DNA of 63,585 bases, counting the filler, from Bigelowiella natans CCMP2755 (Eukaryota; Protista; Cercozoa), in the NCBI GenBank assembly GCA_000320545.1. It is 6 parts of 6 records of this genome, joined end to end, with 100 filler letters (N's around TTAATTAATTAA, not from the genome) between each part and the next. Parts side by side here need not be neighbours in the genome. Positions count along the whole stretch, not along the records: positions 1 to 14,140 come from ADNK01002189.1; 5 more parts are not named here. One strand, written 5' to 3'. The translations under genes and the position numbers were made by a program. The notes below the pieces were generated by a model. The model was not told the origin of the DNA. It ran no database searches and was given only the letters and a program-made list of their open reading frames with translations. Shown in pieces: positions 1 through 11,890 of the stretch; position 1 is the first letter of the stretch, and each line of letters opens with the position of its first letter.

Positions 1-240
1 CCCCCCCCTCCCCTAAAAAACACACAGCACACACACACACACACACAGATGCACCGCGTACATTTTCATCATAAAACCCGACGAACACTTAGCTAATGAC
101 AAACCGATCCATTTTTCAATATATTCTAAGGATCGCATAATCGAAGCGAAAACTGAAGTGCTACTACCAACAACTTAACACATAAAGGCTCTCATCGGAT
201 AGAAAGATATGATCCCCAAAAGGGATTTTGTTATTCTCAC

Positions 241-555
241 TGGCTGCCTCCGTCCCGGCCTGCCATTGCCAGATTCGCGGCTTCTAGGTCCCACAAAAGT
301 CCTCATAGGGGTAAGATTCTGCAGAAGGCGCACTCTCGGCTGCTTAGACCTACTTGGGTGCTGAGGCGAAGATGTCCCCCCCCCGCCTCTGGGGCTCATC
401 CTAGTAACCCTACTACCCCTCCCAGCATCTCCACTTAGAAGATCGCTTCTATCCTCTGCCACTATGGCCATCGTGATGAAGACGCTCAGGGCTAACACGC
501 TAGCCACGCCCCTCAGCATGCACCTGAGCCGGTGGGTGGGGAAGGGTAGAGCCAT
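241..555 (-). CDS. First exon of a hypothetical protein with signal-peptide plus transit-peptide-like leader (gene continues towards or past the window start)
   Basis: ATG at 555: MALPFPTHRLRCMLRGVASVLALSVFITMAIVA has a hydrophobic core, followed by an R/S/G/P-rich segment. It ends at a GTGAGA donor at ~240 and lies head-to-head with the ROCO gene. Confidence 0.45.
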
Positions 556-1221
556 TCCGAAGAGGCCGCAGCCTTGCCCTCGATTTTCTTTAATAAAGTC
601 AACAATTTTGTCACGTCTTTGGGTAAAAATGCCTTGTATTTGACGAATTTGTACTTGATGTCGCAGGAAAGATTGATAGGTCATTCAAGGGCAAGCCCGG
701 TATTTTTTTTATTGGCCGTTCTAGTCCCCGGTGGTAACCATGTAATTTTGTATTTGCTCAAAATTGCTCGACATATTATTGAGGAGAAAACCATGCCATT
801 TTCACATAACGATTATCAATCCAGGGCGCATGTGCTAGTGTGATGCGCCGCTCACAATTGCATAAATACAAACGAATTCTGGAAATGACGCCCATTTGTA
901 AAAATACATGTACCCAGTTCATGCTAGAAACATCCAAGATATTTCTCCCAGTACATGTAGTCCGGCCAGATCAAACCTGAAGCCGTGGAAATTAGACATT
1001 ACAAGCAGCCAGCACCCAGCAATTTCAGGCGTGCGACAAGGAACAAGGAATATCCTGGGAGAATCTTCTGTATTTCCTTAGACCAAATAACCGAATGTTT
1101 CGTAGGGGATTTTGGTGGATCGACAAGGTGCCGATAACCAATATCTACGAAATACTCGCATCGTGTAGTGCACTGACAGCTGCCATGCCTCGAACCAAAT
1201 GAAGAAGGAAGAAGAGGAAGA

Positions 1222-1342
1222 ATGGGCGCAGTGGTAAATATCAACAAACAAAGGTAAATTAGCATTGTTGATTTTTTAAGAAACCTAGACACAAGGCAAC
1301 AGTAGCAGCAGCTATTCCTTTATATAAATGACACACACATAC

Positions 1343-1380
<38 letters not shown>

Positions 1381-4300
1381 TCACACATTCACACATTCAC
1401 ACATTCACACACATTTCACCATATAAACAACCAATCAGTAGCAAGACAGTCTGGGAAGCTTTGGAAAGGAATGACATTGTTGCACTGAAGCGTTTGATTG
1501 AGGAAAAAGCAGACATTGAACAGAGGGATGCTGCGGGTAAATTTAGTGGGAAAGGACAGCATTATCGAGACTTCAGGCGACGAAAGATTTTGGAAAGGGA
1601 TAGCAAGAGGATTTTTGGGGAAATAGGCATGGGACTGCCATGAAGAGAAGGAAATTTCACTAAAAAGGCTGGTGTGATGGTTTCAGGGAGGCTCATGATG
1701 CGAGTTTATGAAATACTAATAAAATGGTGCTTTCCTATCATTCCTGCATTGATTTTTGGGGTATTCGTTCTAATGCACGATTGTTACACCGTTAATATCC
1801 TAGGTGAAACCCCTTTGATTTTGGCTTTGAGAAACGGACATGAAAGCATCGTCAAGCATCTGGTTGACGCAAAGGCGAATATCGAGGCAAAGGATAGATA
1901 TGGTTATTATGAATATTCGAGTTTTGCTAGCGTAAGGGAAGAGACGGACAACACCGAACCAAGAAAATGCCAAATTAATCGGTAATAGTTCCTATCTTTA
2001 TTTGTCGCACGCAATAGAATTTTGTGGTGGTGTTCGCTCTAATGCACGATTGTTACACCGTTGGTATCCTAGGTCGTACCCCTTTGATTTTGGCTTCATA
2101 TTATGGACGTGAAAGCATCGTCAAGCATCTGGTTGACGCAAAAGCGAATATCGAGGCAAAGGATAAACATGGTAAGTATGAATATTCGAGTTTTGCTAGC
2201 ATGAGGAAGGGAAGAAAAACACGAACAAGAAATGCCAATGATCGGAATAGTTCTATCTTCATTGTCGCCACATTGGATTTTGTGGTGGTGTGCGTTCTAA
2301 TGCACGATTGAGACACCGTTGGTATCCTAGGTCGTACCCCTTTGTTTTGGGCTTCGAGAATCGGAAATGAAAGCATCGTCAAGCATCTGGTTGACGCAAA
2401 GGCGAATATCGAGGCAAAGGATAGATATGGTAAGTATGAATATTCGAGTTTTGCTAGCATGAGGAAGGGAAGAAAAACACGAACAAGAAATGCCAATGAT
2501 CGGAATAGTTCTATCTTCATTGTCGCCACATTGGATTTTGTGGTGGTGTGCGTTCTAATGCACGATTGAGACACCGTTGGTATCCTAGGTCGTACCCCTT
2601 TGTTTTGGGCTTCGAGAATCGGAAATGAAAGCATCGTCAAGCATCTGGTTGACGCAAAGGCGAATATCGAAGCAAAGAATAATGATGGTAAGCATGAATA
2701 TTGGAGTTTTGCTAGCATAAGGAAGAGAAGAACAACACGAACAAGAAAATGCCAATGATCGGAATAGTTCTATCTTTATTGTCGCCGCATTGAATATTGT
2801 GGTGGTGTTCGTTCTAATGCACGATTGTTACACCGTTGGTATCCTAGGTCGTACCCCTTTGATTTGGGCTTCGAGAAACAGATATGAAAGCATCGTCAAG
2901 CATCTGGTTGACGCAAAGGCAAATATTGAGGCAAAGGATAGATATGGTAAGCATGAATATTCGAGTTTTGCTAGCATAAGGAAGAGAAGAACAACACGAA
3001 CAAGAAATGCCAATGATCGGAATAGTTCTATTTTATTGTCGCCGCATTGGATTTTGTGGTGGTGTGCGTTCTAATGCACGATTGTTATACCGTTGGTATC
3101 CTAGGTCGTACCCCTTTGATTTTGGCTTCATATTATGGACGTGAAAGCATCGTCAAGCATCTGGTTGACGCAAAAGCGAATATCGAGGCAAAGGATAGAT
3201 ATGGTAAGTATGAATATTCGAGTTTTGCTAGCGTAAGGAAGAGAAGAACAACACGAACAAGAAAATGCCAATGATCGGAATGGTTCTATCTTCATTGTTG
3301 CCATATTGAATTTTGTGGTGGTATGGAAGCATAATTGATGAGCCTGAAGGGAAATCTCATAATGTATCTGATGGGAGAAACGACGTAATATAACATCGAT
3401 GACCATGGTGGTTAGAATGATGACCAAATGAAGAACAGAAGGCCCATTTATAATTCTCTTTGTGACAGGCTTGACACCGTTGACCATAGGGGGATATGGA
3501 AGGATTGTCCAGCTGTTGGAAGGCGCGAAAAGAAGCCGCAACGTATATTTTAAGAATTATTTGGTGTTAGATGCATGCTGTTATTTAGCTATCATAGAGG
3601 AGGATGAAATAACTGAACCCTCTCAGATACATGATGAAACCAAGTTACACTGTGTATGCAAATATTGCTGATCCGATGCGAAGCATAATTGTTTTGCATT
3701 TTTCTTTTTTCCCCTACTCGCATCCCTTTCTTACGCCTGTATGCAACATTCGGTTTTGTGTGTGCTAAGAATGTCAACGCTCCCCTCTCCAACGAGGCTA
3801 TTAAACGGCTCTTCTCTAGAACGACGCCGTGGCGGCGGTCTCGCGTGATGATAGTTGGTAAAGAACACACTGGTAAAACGACGCTTTACATGGCTTTGAA
3901 AGGTGAAGAATTTCGCGACGTCGAATCAACGGTAATCCTACATCATAGACACAGAATATAATCATCATTAAAACAATATTCCATTTGTAATATACGGGTT
4001 CTTTCTCTTGTCACTATCTTATGAAGGTCGTGGCAGACGTTACCGTGCATGACGTCACTGTGGAAACAACAGATGCAGATCTAATCGGGGAAAACATAAC
4101 AGAAACAGTTTTCAAGCCCGTCGAACTCGGTAAGAGCTATGCAAGTGGAAGCTGTAATTCTTTAGTCCCAGTTTTCCTCATTATGGATTATTGTAATTTT
4201 TGTTTGTATAGGAGGTAATCATGAGAGGGCACTGGCATTGGCATACATAAAGGAGAAAGAAGAAGAAACAAAAAAGAAGAAGGAAGATGATCAACAGGAG

Positions 4301-4831
4301 GTGAAGGCAGATCCAATTTGTGTGAGTTCTGTCTGATGAAATTACTTATAGTATTAGTGAGGCATGATTGTGCACGGTAATGGTCATTGCGATGTATGTC
4401 TTACTACCCTCTCAGTTTCGTCCAAGTGATGAGAAGGAAGTGAATCCTTCCAGGAACGAGAAGAATGCGACAATAAACACGCATAAAGTAGCAATGGAGG
4501 AAGATACCACAGATTCTACAAAGGAAAGTGCAGCCGAGTATTCTTCTGCTGTTTTTGATGATTCAAAGGGGACCAATGCGAACGATGCCAGTGAAGCTGC
4601 CACAGAATCTAAGAGAGATCACAAACGCGGTGAAATAGACGAGGAATTGCTCCTAAAGGTACCAAACAGGTCTTGATTATAAGGCAGTTTTAGTAACAAC
4701 GAATTCCGTTAATATCTGCGCTATTTTGCTGATCCTGGGAAAAACTATTAGGAACTGAAGCCCGGGCGTTTGCAGGAATCATTTGATAATCCAGAAGCTA
4801 TACGAGTATATCTATGTGTGAATGTGTGAAT

Positions 4832-4872
<41 letters not shown>

Positions 4873-6880
4873 TGTGTGCGTGCGTGTGCCCACGAATGTT
4901 TGCGTTGTAGTTTTACGTTTGCCTCCTATGAATTTGTAGGTATCAGTCTGGGATTTTGCCGGACAAGAGGTGTTCTATACATCGCACGTAATGTTTCTCA
5001 ACCGCAACTGCCTTTACATGGTGGTGTTTTCCCTGGAGGAGTTCCTCGGAAGAGAAGCCGATGCTACGGGTATTATTTCGTATAGTATCTAATTAGAGAG
5101 CGAGGAAGTCAAACGCTACAATAGGGTTTGGGTGTATATTTGGATATTATTATGGTGTTCGGCATAATTGTGTAGAGGACAAACCATGGAAGAACTTACA
5201 CATTGTGTAATAAGCAGGTAACGTAGCAGCCAATCAAAGAGAGAGCGCAGAAGAATATCTCAGATTCTGGCTTCAAAACATCCGCACGTTTGCTCCTGGG
5301 GCGCCAATAGTGCTCGTAGGAACGAAGATCGATAAACTTAAAGAATACGATAACCCAGAGGTGACACTCGTACCACCACCACAGACACACTAGCAAGCAA
5401 AGTATTACACTCATACGTCCCGTCACTAACGTGTTTATATGATCTGGAAAAAGGAGCTCTTAGATGCACTCGAAGGCATCGATGAACATATCACGAGAAT
5501 AGCGAGAGAGGTATTTTATTATCCACAACATTTTGACATGTGAATAGGAGAAATCCATATTTGTGTGTGTGTGTATTTGTGTGCGTTCATGTTTCAGGTG
5601 TTTGAGGGGTGTGAGTCCTTTCCTTGGTCCCGATGTAAACAATGGCGCCCGAAAGAGGGTTCAGAACCAGCAGATCTGGTTTTCTTCCCTGCTGACAGCA
5701 AGTAGAGACTGTATATTACTATCTAGTCGATGATCGGCTATCTTTAGTATCTTGATTTAACCTTTTATCGGTTTCTACTATTCATCTCCAAAATCATTTT
5801 CATCATCATAAGGTTTCGATCGGGTGATGGGAAAGAAGTTCATGGCACGATTAAAGAGCTGCGCAACGAGGTGCTGAAGAAGCTTAAGAGCGATCCAAAG
5901 GTACCATGATATTATAATGGTGGTGTTATACCTATAACCTCTTTGTCCAATAATATACCAGGCAAATGAGGAAGTTCCATCCGAGTGGACCAAAGTATGC
6001 GACGATTTGATCGCCACAGAAAAGGCTGTATTTACCTTGAAAACGGCCAAAGAGATATGCCTCAGGCGTGGAATCGTGGATGAAAGGGAAGTACGATTGA
6101 TGTTGCAAAAGTAAGTTGCAGAATCAAGTATTATTGTACAATATCAGTCAATTTAGCATTCTGAATATTTCAATACTACTTAGGTATCACGAGCTAGGAT
6201 TAGCGATCTACTTCGACGAAGAGGATCTGCGAGATGTGAGTATTCCAATCTTCTCCATAATCTACTTGAAGCTTGCCTGAGGAATGCATTCGTCGACAGC
6301 ACATCGTTATGCGACCACAACACCTGATTGATCTGGTGAAGAAGCTCATATTTGATCGTCGCTCACATCGCAAATTATACAAGGATCAAAAGCTGTAATA
6401 CACTTACAACATATTCATGTTTATATGTTACTGCTTTATTTTCAACATGATTGTACATGATATATTCTCAAACGAATTTAGGGTTGCCAAGCATGGAGAG
6501 AAAGTCGAAGAGTAAGTAGAGCAATCTCCCACTTTCATCATCTTTTTAATAAGTTAAATCCAAAGATTATAGAAGCAAAATGGTCTGGAATGTAATGGTC
6601 TATATGTATGAACAGTTGTACGCTAAATCTCAGTGGGATGTGTGATAATTCTGTCGTATTTAGGTTTCTTGACATCGGAATTATACACAATGTAGTGTTG
6701 AGACACCTAATGCTCACTCATAATAGCAAAGAATGCCACATCGAAGCAGCAGACGATAAGGAGCGGCTGTATGTGTTCAGTCGCAAGATATTGCAGAAGT
6801 AGTTCATTTTATTTTAAATGCGAAGTTGAGAGGATTAGGGTTGGGAGCTTGCTATCTTGCTATTCCTCTCATCTTGTAGT

Positions 6881-6926
<46 letters not shown>

Positions 6927-8691
6927 GCTAGTAGATGATTTTCTCTAATTTCTTTCTACATATTTTCCCCATTTGCTGCTAAACAGGTTTATGATACTTT
7001 GTGAGATCGGTGGAACAGAGAAGTATTTAGTGCCTTCAATGATGCAAATCAAGGAAGAAGGCATGGATCAAAAGGAGCATTCAGTTGTCGCAATGTTTTC
7101 CTTGCACTTCAATCGCCTCAGGCCCCGTTCATATTTTGAGACCTTTTCCGGGAATATTGGTAGCGACAAATGATTGTTTTAATTACCATGCCAAGTTCAA
7201 TTCGTTACGAAAGACTGTAATTCACAATCTCTGAATTCAATATTCGAAAACTGTATGTCCATATTATTTAGCTCATTTTGTCTTTCTCTCTCAATTCTCT
7301 GCTTGTCCCTCCTTAATTTCTATCATATGTGCGTATTTTGCCGCATATGCATGACAGCCACGAAGCTCTCATCCGATGGCAAGTTTTCCAGGGAACTTCG
7401 GAGAGGTGATCAGATCAATGATTCTGTCTAGAAAAGAGATAAGAATAATCATTATGTTGGAGAAATCAATAATAATTATGGTTTGTTTTTTGTGTTCAGG
7501 AGCTACGAACCCAATGATCTTAGAGGAACAGGTACATCACAGTTATCTTAATATCATCATATTTGCAAGGACTTTCTCAATTATTTACACATCAGACTTT
7601 CGGGAAAGGAGAGGCAGAAATATATCTGGAGCCCTTACGTTTCCGGATTAGTACCTCAATGCTAGAGAAGAAAAAAGGGTCCTCAAGAAATAACACCTCC
7701 CATTCCCATAAAATAGCACCTTCACAACCATACAATGTACGATGTATGTTCTCGGTAGGAGGAGGTCAAAGCATGTAATGGCAATAAATGTCGAAGTTTT
7801 GTCGGAAATTGGACACTGTGCGAGGTGCGTAATGATATTACATTAGTGCCTCTTGTGAATATGGAACGTAACACGCAAGATAGCAGATCCACAGCAAGCT
7901 TTATCCAATAGGATATTAAAATTCATTCTGGAGATCGCCAGAAGTGTCCACAAGTGGCCGTACAAAAACAATGAAGCCTTGGATTTCAACGTTCTTCTTT
8001 TCGATCGGTATATGCCTGCATGATTATGTCAAAATATTTTAGAATAACATCATCTGTAGCAGTCGTAATAGTAGTAGTAGTAGTTGTAGTATCCGTATTG
8101 CAGCTAGAGCCGAGATATCGGTTTCCTACAATGAGTTGCTTACTTAATCAGAGCATCTTATCCATATATTCGCAGTACGATGACGTATCCCGTGAAGTAT
8201 GAAAAATGGGAAAAAGCCTGCAAGGAAAAGAAAACCAAAGTTATCTCTGAAAGAACCTCCGAAACAGCCTCCAAAATGGTCGAAATGACCCATCTCCGGT
8301 ATTGGGAGCAGTTCTACGATCTTTTCTTCGAAAACTCAACACTACGGTAGCTTCTTGATGTGTAGAATGTAAAATTGATTAAATTAATGAATTAGAACAT
8401 ATGGGAAATTGGATCAACAAAGATTACACCGACTTGACGTTAAATACAACAGTGTCCATTCTCCATCATTATGATGACTTCCTTGTTATTCGGTTGCAGT
8501 TACACATTTACCCAACGATGTGAATCCTCATCGCAAGACTTTGGCAACGATAACAACAAGAAGTTCATCAAATTGACGATCGTAACGCAAATATTTAAGG
8601 TGTCTGGATATATGATGCATGTTAAGAGCATGAAAGAGGATGTACACGACTGTATACGTAACGTTGAGAGAATAAGAGCTTCAAACATTTA

Positions 8692-8728
<37 letters not shown>

Positions 8729-11345
8729 CATAGTACATATACATACACATAACGAGAGAGGGGGAAGAAGCCAGGAGAGAATACAGATTCTATATTTCAC
8801 AGTTATTGTATCCTTCGGAAAGCGTTAAGTGCACAAGCCTGCGTATGAAGAGTCTATCTCCTGCAGCTATTACAAGTGGAAGAATCACTTTCGAAGAGTA
8901 CGTTCAAGTTTTGATTAATGTCTTGCATACACACATATCCTACCATCTGTGTAAGTATATCGATATTATATTTCATCCAACATAATCGTTGGTTATTATC
9001 CTACCCAGGTTTATTAATTTAATGTGGGTGGAGCGGGGACTTCAGTTTCGTAACGCTAAAAACGCCAATGATTTTGAAGCGAAATTGGAAGCTTGGGTGA
9101 AACCGCTCATAAATACTAAGGTACAAATCGGTACGCTGAAACGTATAAAATTTTTGGCAAGATTAAACACACTCACACATACATACGAGAGAAAGAGAGG
9201 AAGAGAGAGGGGGGTGGGGGGGGAGTGAGAAAAGAGGGAGGGGGGGTGAAAGAGGAGGTTGGCTATCGTCTCCAACTTTCCTTTTTCACTTTCTTTTCTA
9301 CGCTGATTTAGCATTTCAATCTCTATTCTTTCCAGGAATTACCTGCGCACTTGGCATTTGCATTTGCTTTGCCGTTGGACAAACCGAAGTCCATGCTGGA
9401 TTTAGAGAAAGATCTCAGAATGTTGCAAGATATGAGCAAATTCAATTGCACAGAGTATGAAGACGGTACTGTTGTCAAACGAAGCAAGCTTCACATATCC
9501 AAATGGAGAGCTACTAAAGAAAATATCTCTAGAGCTCTTCAATCGAAATGTTTCGCATTACTAGTGGGTTCTCATTGCAGAGAACAACTTGGCCTCAAGT
9601 TGGAAGCTGACCACCCTCTAGGAAAGACAACTTACCTCGAGTTCGAATCCGACAATCCTGGAGGAAAGGCAGTATACGTGAGCCCTGATGAGTTTTCCCA
9701 ATTGATTATGGAGACGAAAGAAACTCCAAAGATGTGCTCTTTGAAAGTATTGATGCTGGCTTCATGCGGGAGCGAAGCTGTAGCTAAAAGATTCGTTGAT
9801 TCGAAAGTAGTCGATCACATAATAGTTTGTAATAAAAACAAATTACTGGGCAATGAAGCTGTGCAGATATTTCAAACGGTCTTTTTCGAGAAATTGCTGG
9901 GCGGGGCTACAGTTTCTACCTCATTCAAATCTGCCAAGCAAAAGCTAAAAGATATGGCCAGCGTCCTCAAAAAAGAGGCTGCTGATTTGATTAAAAAGGC
10001 TGATAATCTTGAGGAGAAGTCCATAAGAGTCAAAGAATTTCGCAGTGAGTATGATAAATGCAAAAGTCGGGCAAAAATGTTGACTAAAAGGGCAGAACAG
10101 CTTAATGAGGAGGTTGACGAGTGCCTTCTGCTGCCTAAAGATGGGAATCATGATATCGCTTTCTCATTTAAACCTTATTCCCCCCCCACCGCGAAAATCA
10201 AGACATGGCATCCTGCTCCCCCAAATAATTTTTATCCAGAACATTTCTGCGAGTAGCTTAAGTGGGGAATTGACCACTATTTGAAACTTCAACGGAATCT
10301 ATACTCGGCTCTACAATGTGATGATAAAAACTCAATCCGTCATCGTTGGGTGCAAATCACAGGACCTAAGAATATAGGAAAGACTTCAGTAGCTAAGTTC
10401 ATTGCCTGGCGTCTAAGTCTCTACGATACAGAAGGACCTGATGGCATCTTTTGGGTAGGGATACCATGTACTCACGCACAAAATTTAACTTCTGCTGAAA
10501 GTGTTTTCTGCATGGCTTAGGTTACTGAGGTAAAGAGTGGAGACGAAGTGATGCAAAAATTCATGAGAAATTTCATCGAGGATGAGTCTTTTCGCACGGA
10601 AAATGTTCAGAATTGTGATCCTTATGGATTGATCAAGGGATTCTTTACGGAAAAAGCTAATCCTCCGACACTCTTGGTGCTTATGCTATTACTTCCCAAA
10701 TTTTGAGACATTCTTATGCAACCATTTTCATGTACCCAGATAATCGATGACGTAGAAGGCGTGAAAGCCGAGGATCGCGAGAAACTCTTCAAGAATCTCA
10801 TGAACCTCAACCCAAGACTACACATTCTCACAACATCTTTGACTCCGATCGAAGTGAAGGGCTTCGACTCCAATGTGCAGTTTGGGTGTTTGTTTGCTGT
10901 ACACATGCATGTGATTCGATATTGAGTTTAGTGTAGTAATCAAATTCATTCTTCAACAGAAAAAAGACCTGAAGTTGGAAGTATTGCCCAAGATCAAGTT
11001 TAAGAATTTTTTCAAGGAACGAGTTTGTGACTTCAAAGATCCAAAATTTGAGACTTTGGTTTGGGAAAACATCCAGCTTTACCATTTTACAAAACTGGAG
11101 GGTACATGTGCATCTTTTCATGCTTGATTAAATTTGTGTTGATCTCGTTGTGCTATGATGCACTGTGTCACATTTCAGCTGCAATCACGAATGTCAACAT
11201 GAATCCCCGGACTGCAATCCTTCTCGTGCGGAAAATCCATGAAATGAGCTCCGATGTGGACAAGTACAATGAGATCAACAAAATCAAAGACAGATCTTTT
11301 CTAGTCACAGTCTACAACGAATTGGTCAAAGAGAAAGCTATTTAG
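1222..11345 (+). CDS. Multi-exon ROCO-family protein: ankyrin repeats - Roc GTPase - COR - CHAT (caspase-like) domain - STAND/NB-ARC-like NTPase, with an in-frame TAG at 10254-10256
   Basis: Exon 1 is 1222-1253 (MGAVVNINKQ) and exon 2 is 1439-1536, followed by six ankyrin exons. Roc motifs: G1 MIVGKEHTGKTT (~3848-3883), G3 SVWDFAGQEVFY (exon from 4940), G4 IVLVGTKID (~5305-5335). COR motifs: VPSEW, YHELGLAIYF, IVMRPQHL, KYLVPSMM. CHAT exon from 9336 with LLVGSHC and LMLASCGS. STAND motifs: Walker A GPKNIGKTS (10362), Walker B PTLL|IIDDVE, sensor-like ILTTS. Terminal stop at 11343-11345. Confidence 0.85.
1765..3320 (+). repeat. Tandem array of six intron+exon units (~258-bp period), each with one 99-nt ankyrin-repeat exon
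   Basis: Exons at 1804-1902, 2073-2171, 2331-2429, 2589-2687, 2848-2946 and 3105-3203. All follow an ATCCTAG acceptor and end in G|GT (phase 1-1). The intervening introns are near-identical, and 2172-2330 equals 2430-2588. Confidence 0.97.
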
Positions 11346-11890
11346 AATGTCTAGTCTTCCAAATATAGGCATGCATGCTTCTCTCAAATTTTCAATTTGA
11401 TGAAGCGCATCATTCACCAGAATGGATAGGCACATTTTAGACATTGCGTATGCATTTGTCTCAAACACGCAGTTCTTCACCTACATGTAGCAAGCTGAAG
11501 CTGCGCGCATGATCATGCGTGCAGGCGCATCACCTTGCAAAACAAGTACTAGTGTGACCTAAAAACATTTCATTTTCACAATCACAATTTTCTTCGATGC
11601 ATACATGCTAGCATGATTAGCATGTCATCTAGTCATGACCAGCTAGCTCATTGGCGTGCTTGCTTATATGCTTGCTCACCGAGGATGCATGCACATGCAT
11701 GATGGATGCCAAATGCCAAATCTCTTGCATCCATTGGCGCACATGCACTGAGTCAAAACGTCTGCCGAAATTCCCACATTTCGCACAATCTGGTAGTAGC
11801 TAGGTCGCAATTTTAGGTGAATGATCACAAGTTCTCTTCATTGCATGCCAGCTAGCTAGTGTGGTGGATGATGTTGCCAACGCGCTGGGG

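Noticed and set aside
2101-2718. 205-aa minus-strand ORF with internal repeats
   Set aside because: Antisense shadow of the ankyrin exon/intron array with no independent coding signal.
1765-3320. CRISPR-like or DGR-like interpretation of the regular repeat array
   Set aside because: The units are ~258-bp intron+exon duplications with splice sites, not short repeats with unique spacers. The variation is not adenine-specific, and no cas or reverse transcriptase gene is in the window.
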